Source: an uncultured Candidatus Saccharibacteria bacterium (GTDB lineage: Bacteria > Patescibacteriota > Dojkabacteria > B142 > OLB20). Taken from it: DNA of 64,000 bases. Of the stretch, positions 1 to 8,022 are shown one piece after another. Numbering within the stretch: position 1 is the stretch's first letter; every line of letters begins with the position of its first letter. The stretch covers positions 661,910-725,909 of the forward strand of contig CAYWVD010000001.1 in NCBI GenBank assembly GCA_964461915.1, in the 5' to 3' direction. The translations under genes were made by a program, and so were the position numbers. The notes beneath the pieces are model-generated. The model ran no database searches, was not told where the DNA came from, and worked only from the letters and a program-made list of their open reading frames with translations.

Positions 1-1329
1 CCAATATATGACATCTTCTATTCTGTTTGCGGGAACTCTTTCAATTAACCATTCAGCCGAATCTCCATGAGGGTCAAGAAAGGCCAATCCCTCACCGTTA
101 ATCATGTCTTGAAGAGCCATTTGTTGCATAAAATATGATTTACCGGTACCTGTTTTACCGACAATATACATGTGTCTTCGCCTATCATCCCTATCTATGT
201 AAATAGGCTTTTGCACATCTCTAAAAACATTCACCCCAAGCCACAAGTCGCCAGTTGATGGAATTTCTCCACTTGCAGGGGCCCTTTTTGCCATAAGCCA
301 ATTAATGTTTGGAACTTCTACTTTGCTATTTGGGAAGTGGATTATCGAAGAAAGTTCCGCGGTATTTAAAGTCATTGATTCATCTGGGATTCTGTTAATA
401 AACTTCTTTAAAAACTTAATTCCCTCTTTACCCTTATCATTTTTTCTTTTAAATGCGTTACCACCCTCTTTTTTAAATTGCGAGAATACGCCGATCATAG
501 TATCGATATATTGTTTGGCAGTCTCCTTTTCGGGAGATGTGGCAACAAAACGAATATCTACATTAAATCCACCCTTTTCGCACTTCTTCTCTATTGCTGC
601 AAGAATATCTTCGCTTACTTTTGGTTTTGATTTTTTTTCGGGATCAGCAAAAGCATTTCGAATTTTTTGGACATAATTTTTTCCTTTATTCCTCCATTTT
701 CCACTACTTGCGGTTAACAAAACTTGATAGCCAATAGATTCGTTGGTTGACAATTTACTCATTGGCGAAAGTATCAAGGACATCGTATCTGTGTTGAGCT
801 CTTCGTAAGTCCTTATGGGTTTATATGTATCAAATTCAAGATTGAGATGAGCATAATCTAAACTGCATCCATCAGAAAATAGATTGTATTCGTTAGTAGT
901 GATTACTTCAGCTGTGGGATATGCTCCATTAATTGCCTTTTCTACAGTATTGGAAATATTTGCAGAAGCAACAACATAAAATTTTATGCTTCCGCTAATT
1001 GCAACTATTTCAAAACTAACAAATGATTTTGCCTTGAACTTATCTCTTAGAGATTTTCCTTTATCCCCCGCCCCTATAGATTGTAATGCGGCAAACATTT
1101 GATCAGCAGCAGATATTTCAACTTCATTATTCTTAGGAACGCGAATTTCAAAAACAACAGCATCAAGTGATTTTTTTTCAGCAGAAGCAAATTTGACTCT
1201 TTTTAAGAAAATTTTAAACAAAAATCGCAACCCGAAAACCAATAGGATTAATCCTATTATTACAACGAGCAGTGTTAACCAAAATACGGGATCAAAAATC
1301 CCATCTAAACCTAATTCTAATTCGTACAT
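1..1329 (-). CDS. FtsK/HerA/VirD4-superfamily P-loop ATPase with N-terminal TM helix (T4SS coupling-protein-like). Partial: the gene runs off the window edge.
   Basis: Minus-strand ORF starts at ATG 1329 (MYELELGLDGIFDPVFWLTLLVVIIGLILLV...) and remains open to position 1, so it is absent from the ORF track. Walker A 'IVGKTGTGKS' is followed by 'LAFLDPHGD', resembling the GxTGxGKS ... (V/I)DPKGD motifs of VirD4/TraG/TrwB and FtsK/HerA ATPases. Confidence 0.5.
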   Translation of the reverse strand, partial: MYELELGLDGIFDPVFWLTLLVVIIGLILLVFGLRFLFKIFLKRVKFASAEKKSLDAVVFEIRVPKNNEVEISAADQMFAALQSIGAGDKGKSLRDKFKAKSFVSFEIVAISGSIKFYVVASANISNTVEKAINGAYPTAEVITTNEYNLFSDGCSLDYAHLNLEFDTYKPIRTYEELNTDTMSLILSPMSKLSTNESIGYQVLLTASSGKWRNKGKNYVQKIRNAFADPEKKSKPKVSEDILAAIEKKCEKGGFNVDIRFVATSPEKETAKQYIDTMIGVFSQFKKEGGNAFKRKNDKGKEGIKFLKKFINRIPDESMTLNTAELSSIIHFPNSKVEVPNINWLMAKRAPASGEIPSTGDLWLGVNVFRDVQKPIYIDRDDRRRHMYIVGKTGTGKSYFMQQMALQDMINGEGLAFLDPHGDSAEWLIERVPANRIEDVIYW

Positions 1330-1393
1330 AAATTAAAATGCCTTGATAATATATTATCACACTAGAAATACTTTTAAACCACCTTGAAGAATT

Positions 1394-1972
1394 TTATTTA
1401 GCTCCTTTATTTATAAACCTCTGAAGCAAAAGTAGAATTGCAGTTCGAGTCAGGTTTGGATCGCCCTTCCCGGCATTGACCCGAATATTTTCGACATCAT
1501 TAAGTATAGATTCGTCAATTGGTAGACCAGTAAATTTTGGCCTAAAAAGTTCTGCAACTTTTTCTTTAACTCCTTTGACTTTTTCTGCAGTATCATCAGT
1601 TGATTGTGTGGTTTGAGTTGATGACTTTTGAACATATACAGGACTTATTAGCGGATTTGGTTTGAACTCCTTCTTTTCAATGTTCTCTACTTGCTCTCTA
1701 ACCGCTTCAACTTCTGGGGTTTTTGCATCACCTTTTTCATAATTTGTCGGACCAGTTTCAACTTTAATTGTTGCGCCACCAGATTCTGCTCCACCTATAC
1801 TTATTTGTTGAGTAGGCGGTTGGTTTTTTGGGATAAAAGACATATTTGTTGGAGAAATTTGTCCCAAACTTGGTATATCCGATAAACCGCCAGAAGAAGA
1901 GCCCTGAAACTGATTATTATTTGATGCAGGTGGCCCAAATAGATTGTTTGAAGTTTGGTTATTATCTTGCAT
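1394..1972 (-). CDS. Hypothetical low-complexity protein, Q/N/S/G/P-rich N-terminal half.
   Basis: 192-aa ORF co-directional with and between smpB and the ATPase. No recognisable domain; likely disordered. Confidence 0.4.
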   Translation of the reverse strand: MQDNNQTSNNLFGPPASNNNQFQGSSSGGLSDIPSLGQISPTNMSFIPKNQPPTQQISIGGAESGGATIKVETGPTNYEKGDAKTPEVEAVREQVENIEKKEFKPNPLISPVYVQKSSTQTTQSTDDTAEKVKGVKEKVAELFRPKFTGLPIDESILNDVENIRVNAGKGDPNLTRTAILLLLQRFINKGAK

Positions 1973-1975
1973 AAT

Positions 1976-2431
1976 TTATTTTAACATACCTAAAGTTTTA
2001 AGATCTCGTTCGATTTCTCTTTTTTGATCTTTTTCTTTTAATTTTGCTCTCTTATCGTATTGCTTTTTACCGCGAACTAAGGCGATTTTTAGTTTTACTC
2101 TTCCGTGAAAAAGATGGGCATCAATAGGAGTAACTGTTTGACCTTTGATCTTTACTCCGCTTAATAATTTTGCAATTTCTTTTTTATTAAGAAGAAGTTC
2201 TTTCTCTCGAGTTTCTCCATCCTTTGGGACATAAGCACCTTCCCATTTGGGAACATTAGCTCCGATTAAATAGGGTCTGTTATTTTTAATAACAATATAG
2301 CTTTCTTTCAAAGACATACGACCACTTTTAATCGATTTTACTTCCCAACCCTGCAAAATTAGCCCCGCTTCGAATGTTTCGAGGAGCTCATAATTAAAAA
2401 GTGCTTTTTTATTCTGCGCTAATAACTTCAT
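1976..2431 (-). CDS. smpB: SsrA-binding protein SmpB.
   Basis: 151 aa with 'LLETFEAGLILQGWEVKSIKSGRMSLKESYIV...KELLLNKKEIAKL...KLKIALVRGKKQYDKR', collinear with SmpB family sequences. A tmRNA gene is present in the same window. Confidence 0.9.
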   Translation of the reverse strand: MKLLAQNKKALFNYELLETFEAGLILQGWEVKSIKSGRMSLKESYIVIKNNRPYLIGANVPKWEGAYVPKDGETREKELLLNKKEIAKLLSGVKIKGQTVTPIDAHLFHGRVKLKIALVRGKKQYDKRAKLKEKDQKREIERDLKTLGMLK

Positions 2432-2445
2432 CTTTGAAAAAAGAA

Positions 2446-5070
2446 TTAATTATACACCGACAATAGACTCATATCCAAAGTAATTATCTTTGTATTGTTA
2501 AGAATAAATATCTTATTATGATTTCGATCTGCAACAATTTCTTTAATATTGGTAAAATCATTCTCGTTAGATCCTGAATAAACATATTGCGCTACTAAAG
2601 GAATATCGGGCGTTCCTTTCTTGAAAACCAAAACCCTTTTATTAATTGGATCGGCAATATAAACATTAACACCATCGACATAAAGAGCTGTAGCGGCCAC
2701 AAAGTTATCCCCTTCATTCATTTTTTGAATATTGATAGTATCTTCCTTTTTATTGTAATCACGATATAATCCCAAATTCTTTTGAAGAGTAATATATATT
2801 CTTCCTTCATCAACTTTAAAATCGGTTGCACTAATTAAATCATCCCAGGTGTTTCTGTTAATCAAAGTACTATAGGTATTACCAGAGCGCGTATAGTATG
2901 AAATGTTCTTTTTTTCTGGATTCAATAAATATAATCTGGGATCTTTACCGCCAATAAGGGCAGCCTCAATTTGCGTTGTGCCAGCGATTTTCGACAAACT
3001 TGTAGCAGACATTTTTTTAACGGAATTATCCGCAAGATTAATTATACTTATTGCATTGTCTGGGGTTTCATCTAAAACCAATAAAGTATTATTGTTGGAA
3101 TCGAAAGTAATGGATTTTGGATTTGTAAAACCAGAAGCTACTTCTGCTCTATTGTTTCCATAATAATCAAAGGAATAAATTTTTCCAGCCTTACCATCAG
3201 CAAGGAATATTTTTGCATTCGCCAATTCAATATCTGTTGGATTTGTATTAGGGAAAATATCACCAAGATCAGCAATTACAGTAGCTTCGGTGATAGGAAT
3301 TATTCGATTAAATTGATTCCTTAGAGTTGTAATAGTTGTTTTTTCAGCAGAAATTTCTTGTGTTAAACTTGAAAAAGACTCGAGCTCTTTCAGTTTATTT
3401 TCTGCATCAGTAAGCTTATTGAGAGCCTGAATTTTCCGTTCATCTCCACCACTTGCTGATGTTAAATAAATTGCTTGTTCTTCAATTGTGTCAATTTCAT
3501 TTTGTACTTCGGTAAATTTTTGTCTTGCTAATTCTTCTTGCTCTTTGGTTTTTTGAGTATTTACTGCCCCATCAATACTATAATAAAGTATGGCTATCAC
3601 GAAAATGATTAAAACAAATAAAAATCCGTATCGTCTTTTTCTTGCCTGCTGTTGTAAATACAGATCACCATAATTTTTACCAAAGCCTAACCAATTATCC
3701 CAAACAAGTTCTTTAATTTTTCTAAAAATTCCAGTGAAGAAATTTTTGATTTTTAAAAGAATTACCTGATAGGTCTTCATGTTGGCAATATCCTTTTGTT
3801 TTTCAATCTGTTCTATTCTCGAAGGAATATTTACTTGCGTAGGCTGTATTTGTTTTATGGAATCACCCTCATGAACTATTAATGCAGGTTTATCTTTTTT
3901 GGTTGTTATGGATTTAATTTTTGTAAAGACACTATCTTTAAGGCCAATCAGCTTTGATTTAAAAGGGCTTATTTTTGTTGCGGTTTCTATTGCTTGTGGC
4001 ACATCTTCTGTGGCAGTTTCTAATCCATCATTTAAATCTTTATCGGTAGGGATTTCTTCTATTTGATCAATCTCAGTAGCTACTTGCTCTTTTTCATGAT
4101 TGTCTTCATTTGCTTCTTCTAAAATTTCTTCCCTATCTAAATCTCCATCTAGATCAAATTCATTTTCCTCATTTATAGTTTCAACTGATTTAGATTCTGC
4201 AATTAAATCTCCCACTGTGAGATCCTCATCTTCCACATCTTCTAATTTTTCGGTTTGGTCAGCTAGTATAATTGGTTCGGGTGGGACCGAGGGTTCTACT
4301 AACTCAGTTGGCTCTTCTTTAATTTCAGAATCAATATTTAGTAAAGCTTCTTCTGGTGTTGGTGATTCTTGTGATTTTTGTGCTTCTTTTACTTCGTCTA
4401 CATTTTTAATCTTATTTTTTCTATCAATATTAAACCCTATTAACATAGTTGCCACCTTTGATGAATCCTCAAAGACTCTGGTTTTTATTGGCTTTTCGTT
4501 AAAATCTTCGGTGACCTCTAAAATATCTTGCTTTAATATTTCTTTATCAAATTCGGGTGTACCTAATAAATATACATCGCCCCTTTTTGCCACTAGACTA
4601 GCCTCTTTGATCAAACCTGCTCCAGTTGGATCTTTTAAAACAGAACTAATTTCATTGAGCTCACCTTCCCGATTTATGTAAAGCTTACCACCCCCTAGAG
4701 ATACAACAAAAATGAGATCACCTTGAATAACCAATGTAATCATACTTAAATCAACACCTTCTTTGTCGGCATCATCATTTTTTAATATTTCTCTAAGAAA
4801 GTCTCCCGTTTTGATAAGTGCCTTTTCTAAAGCAACAATAACTGTATCTTTTTCATTTTCAAAATATGCTTCATGGAATCTATCTAGAAGGAGTCCACCT
4901 GCAGTTCCTAAAGAGAAATTCTCTGGCCCTTTAAGTTGAATAGCGGCAAAGACTTCTCCTCTTTTTTCTCTATACTCAGGATTCTGTGGTTTATATGCAT
5001 ATACGCTTGACCAAGTATCCTTTGAAGAAGTTCCAATAAAATATTTTTTTTGAATCAATGCTTCACTCAT
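2446..5070 (-). CDS. Large membrane-anchored protein. N-terminal PP2C-like (possibly degenerate) domain, acidic linker, single TM, coiled coil, and a C-terminal beta-propeller-like (NHL-type) repeat region.
   Basis: 874-aa ORF. The N-terminal stretch '...LSMITLVIQGDLIFVVSLGGGKLYINREGEL' resembles the PP2C 'tlvaali.gn.lyvanvGDSRayl..dg.l' core, but GGGK replaces GDSR. A D/E-rich low-complexity linker follows, then the TM 'FLFVLIIFVIAILYYSI'. Repeated '(V/I)Y(I/V)ADxxNxR(V/I)' -like strands lie near the C-terminus. Confidence 0.45.
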   Translation of the reverse strand: MSEALIQKKYFIGTSSKDTWSSVYAYKPQNPEYREKRGEVFAAIQLKGPENFSLGTAGGLLLDRFHEAYFENEKDTVIVALEKALIKTGDFLREILKNDDADKEGVDLSMITLVIQGDLIFVVSLGGGKLYINREGELNEISSVLKDPTGAGLIKEASLVAKRGDVYLLGTPEFDKEILKQDILEVTEDFNEKPIKTRVFEDSSKVATMLIGFNIDRKNKIKNVDEVKEAQKSQESPTPEEALLNIDSEIKEEPTELVEPSVPPEPIILADQTEKLEDVEDEDLTVGDLIAESKSVETINEENEFDLDGDLDREEILEEANEDNHEKEQVATEIDQIEEIPTDKDLNDGLETATEDVPQAIETATKISPFKSKLIGLKDSVFTKIKSITTKKDKPALIVHEGDSIKQIQPTQVNIPSRIEQIEKQKDIANMKTYQVILLKIKNFFTGIFRKIKELVWDNWLGFGKNYGDLYLQQQARKRRYGFLFVLIIFVIAILYYSIDGAVNTQKTKEQEELARQKFTEVQNEIDTIEEQAIYLTSASGGDERKIQALNKLTDAENKLKELESFSSLTQEISAEKTTITTLRNQFNRIIPITEATVIADLGDIFPNTNPTDIELANAKIFLADGKAGKIYSFDYYGNNRAEVASGFTNPKSITFDSNNNTLLVLDETPDNAISIINLADNSVKKMSATSLSKIAGTTQIEAALIGGKDPRLYLLNPEKKNISYYTRSGNTYSTLINRNTWDDLISATDFKVDEGRIYITLQKNLGLYRDYNKKEDTINIQKMNEGDNFVAATALYVDGVNVYIADPINKRVLVFKKGTPDIPLVAQYVYSGSNENDFTNIKEIVADRNHNKIFILNNTKIITLDMSLLSVYN

Positions 5071-5300
5071 TGGGGCAAAAAGATGAAGTAAATTATTAAC
5101 AATATAAGTAAAATGGCATGAATGATTCCCCAGCCTTCTACGATAATTTGGTTAAAAGTAGAAAGTTGCTTCTTCATACCATGAATCTGCTTAATTATGT
5201 ACATTAAAAAGAACAGATGCAAGACTGTAAAGATCATTAAACTGATCTTAAAAACAACTATTATCGAAGCTGTAACATCTAAATCCAGTAATGAGTTCAT
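5067..5300 (-). CDS. Small membrane protein (2 predicted TM helices).
   Basis: 77-aa ORF whose start and stop overlap the neighbouring genes (operonic). Hydrophobic helices. Confidence 0.4.
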   Translation of the reverse strand: MNSLLDLDVTASIIVVFKISLMIFTVLHLFFLMYIIKQIHGMKKQLSTFNQIIVEGWGIIHAILLILLIIYFIFLPQ

Positions 5301-6166
5301 GGTTCAATATATCTAGAATTATTTATATCGTTTTTTTCTTCTTTGCCCTCTTTAACTTTCTTAATATCTGAATTTTCTTTGGTACTTTTGACTTCTTTTT
5401 CTCCTTGTATAACTTCAGTTTCAACATCAACAGGACTGTTAGCCATATCCTTTTCCACACTAGTGTTTTCTTCAATTTTATCTGAAAATTCCCTATTTAA
5501 TTCTGTATCTTTAGGGGAATCAGATTTACTTCGAATAAATGCTATAAGATCAACAAAACTATCTCTGTACCAAGTTGGATAGCAAATGTTTTCAATCGAA
5601 ATAAATTTTTCAGAAATGGTTTTAAATTCGATTGTTCCATATCCAAAGATCGAGGGGAAAAAACCATGCACAATTTCGGAAACATCAATAATGTCTGCTA
5701 GTGGAATATCAGTAATCGTTCGACCTTTAAGAATGTCAAAATCAATTGAAATAAATCTCTCGTTTGTAATAATAAAAGCATCATAGAACCAATGAATAAA
5801 CCCAAAATAAGCATAGGTTATGATTAAAAGGAAATAAAAATATAAAAGACCATTTAAAATACCTGAGTTTATACTCAAAATAACTTCATTATTTAATAAT
5901 TGCCCTTCATTAAAATTAGTATCCCAATAATTTAAAATTGTAATAATTAGGATCGGTGCGACTAGAGCAATTATTGTGGTTATTAACCAATTAAAATTTT
6001 TGATAATATGTTTTCGGATCACCATGACTACCTGTTCGTTTTCATTTTGAGTGGCAAAATATGCATCTCCTGGATAAGTATTGATCATACCGAAAAATTT
6101 CATCAGAGCTGCATTTGGAGGCTCTTTAATAATATTCTTTTTTGTTATTTCTTCTAAAATTCCCAT
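5297..6166 (-). CDS. Membrane protein with bacterial PH-like (bPH_2/YdbS-type) domain.
   Basis: 289 aa. A TM pair (...LITTIIALVAPILIITIL... / ...LLYFYFLLIITYAYFGFI...) is followed by 'FIITNERFISIDFDILKGRTITDIPLADIIDV', typical of DUF304/bPH_2. Confidence 0.45.
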   Translation of the reverse strand: MGILEEITKKNIIKEPPNAALMKFFGMINTYPGDAYFATQNENEQVVMVIRKHIIKNFNWLITTIIALVAPILIITILNYWDTNFNEGQLLNNEVILSINSGILNGLLYFYFLLIITYAYFGFIHWFYDAFIITNERFISIDFDILKGRTITDIPLADIIDVSEIVHGFFPSIFGYGTIEFKTISEKFISIENICYPTWYRDSFVDLIAFIRSKSDSPKDTELNREFSDKIEENTSVEKDMANSPVDVETEVIQGEKEVKSTKENSDIKKVKEGKEEKNDINNSRYIEP

Positions 6167-6169
6167 AAT

Positions 6170-7996
6170 TTATTGCGCTGTTGCGATATCATAAGTAATA
6201 CTTTTTATTCCTTCACCTCTCCCCATTCTAATAGCCCAAGTGCTAAAAAGATACCTAAAAAATTGACCCGATACTTGGCCGGTACCCTTAGTGCCAACAA
6301 ACAAAACCTTTGTAGCTCTCCCGGATGCGTCATTTACAACATCGATTCCCTTAAGTGATCCAATTTTATTATTAATCTGATTGCGAACAACATCAGCATT
6401 CCAATAGTTGGGCTCAATGTAATTATAGTCGCCCCAATTGGATTTCTCTTGAGCCCAGAGGAGCATTTGTTGAAAATCATCAATTGTGAATGAGTTTGTT
6501 GAAAAATCCAATCGTCTATAGTTTTGATTACAAAGTTTAGGGAAATATGCAAAGGCCGAATCATTAACTGCAACTAAATATGACCTTGGCGAGGACTTTG
6601 GCCAAACAGTTTCAATATTTGCCGAGCCTCTTCCATTGCTGTTGAATCCTGAATAGAAGGCATCTATTACTGTATCGCCGTTTATTATTACTTTGTCTTT
6701 TGTTTCCCAAGCTGCCCAGGCTTTAGCAAGACCGCCTTTGTATACTTGGCATTTATCTGAGGTACAAATTGAATCGGACCGATTATATGCATATGTTCTT
6801 GCGGCGACTACTTGAGCTTTAATGGCTTCTTCTGGCCAACAATTACCGCCAATTAAATACTTTTGTCTTTTTGGATCATCTTGCGCCCAACCCTGAGAGT
6901 CTGCATAAGCATTCCATTCTTCTACTTTTTGCATTGTTCCGCAGGCCTTATCAGGAACTTCTCCTAAGCCCGAAACATAATCCTCCATGGACATTTTGTC
7001 ATAACCATTAACCCTGATCATCTTTGCAGGACGGACTTGAATTGATGTACCTTGATAATAGAAAGTTAGAATTTCATTATAGTTTTTACCCTTATTGGCG
7101 GCTCCGTAAGCCCCCCATTGGGACATTCCTATTCCGTGACCAAAGGCATCGGTACTAGGATCGATTCCAAAATCATTTGAACATTCTATACGATTTCGAG
7201 GCAAACCAACTGACCCATAAAAATATAATTGACCCGAAACTAAAGGTGCTGAACCAGCATTTGCCTCGGCGATAGCTTTTTCGAGCTCGACATTGTATTC
7301 TTTTTGTTTAGCTTCTAATTGATTATTGGCGCTTGTAAGCTGGTTTTGGGCATTTTTTGTTGAAGCAATAGATTCTTCGGCTAGTTTAATTTGATTTTGC
7401 CAAAATGCTTTTCTTTCTAAAAGGATTTTGAGTTCGGCCTCTTTTTGTTTAACTTGAGATTCAAAATCTAAATTTTGTAAATTTAATTCTTCAATTTGTT
7501 GACCAAGAGTTTTAACTCCTGCAATAGTTTCTTTTGTCAAAAACTCGTAATAGAGTAAGTTTTTCACAATATCACCGGATCCAACCACAACTGAATCCAT
7601 AACATTTTCAGTTTTCCATGTAATATATGAATAAACAACCTGTTCATCTTGAAGCTTTTCTTTTTCCTCCTTTTCTAGAGCTTTTGCTAGCATTTCATTT
7701 TCAAGCTCTTTCTTTTGCAAGGTTAATAAATCATAACTTTTTTCAATTATTTCAAGCTCGTTTTGTACTTTTGAGATCTCGCTTTTTAAGCCTTGTTTGG
7801 TTGTTTGTTTGTCTTTAAGTTCTTGAGAAATTTTTTCTAGATCCGTTTTTATTTTTTCCATTTCTTGCTGAGTCTTTTCTAGATCAGCGTTGATTTCATC
7901 TACAGTCCTTGCGAATACAGGGAGAGGGAAAAGATTGATTAAAATCAGTATAAGGCATAAAAACAACTTGAATTGTCGCAAAGCCAATTCCTTCAT
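6170..7996 (-). CDS. SpoIID/LytB-domain protein with N-terminal signal/TM and a long coiled coil.
   Basis: 608 aa. A heptad-rich N-terminal half is followed by 'DAFGHGIGMSQWGAYGAA', the SpoIID/LytB signature GHG(V/I)GMSQ.G. Confidence 0.7.
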   Translation of the reverse strand: MKELALRQFKLFLCLILILINLFPLPVFARTVDEINADLEKTQQEMEKIKTDLEKISQELKDKQTTKQGLKSEISKVQNELEIIEKSYDLLTLQKKELENEMLAKALEKEEKEKLQDEQVVYSYITWKTENVMDSVVVGSGDIVKNLLYYEFLTKETIAGVKTLGQQIEELNLQNLDFESQVKQKEAELKILLERKAFWQNQIKLAEESIASTKNAQNQLTSANNQLEAKQKEYNVELEKAIAEANAGSAPLVSGQLYFYGSVGLPRNRIECSNDFGIDPSTDAFGHGIGMSQWGAYGAANKGKNYNEILTFYYQGTSIQVRPAKMIRVNGYDKMSMEDYVSGLGEVPDKACGTMQKVEEWNAYADSQGWAQDDPKRQKYLIGGNCWPEEAIKAQVVAARTYAYNRSDSICTSDKCQVYKGGLAKAWAAWETKDKVIINGDTVIDAFYSGFNSNGRGSANIETVWPKSSPRSYLVAVNDSAFAYFPKLCNQNYRRLDFSTNSFTIDDFQQMLLWAQEKSNWGDYNYIEPNYWNADVVRNQINNKIGSLKGIDVVNDASGRATKVLFVGTKGTGQVSGQFFRYLFSTWAIRMGRGEGIKSITYDIATAQ

Positions 7997-8022
7997 AATT
8001 TATTGTAGCCTGTGTCGGATTT

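Noticed and set aside
305-676. 123-aa plus-strand ORF.
   Set aside because: It lies entirely antisense to the well-supported minus-strand ATPase gene (Walker A region). Its low-complexity F/S/L-rich translation is typical of an antisense artefact.
4100-4681. 193-aa Ser-rich plus-strand ORF.
   Set aside because: It is antisense to the D/E-rich linker of the 874-aa gene: GAA/GAT-rich sense codons give TTC/ATC-rich, hence Ser/Phe-rich, antisense ORFs.
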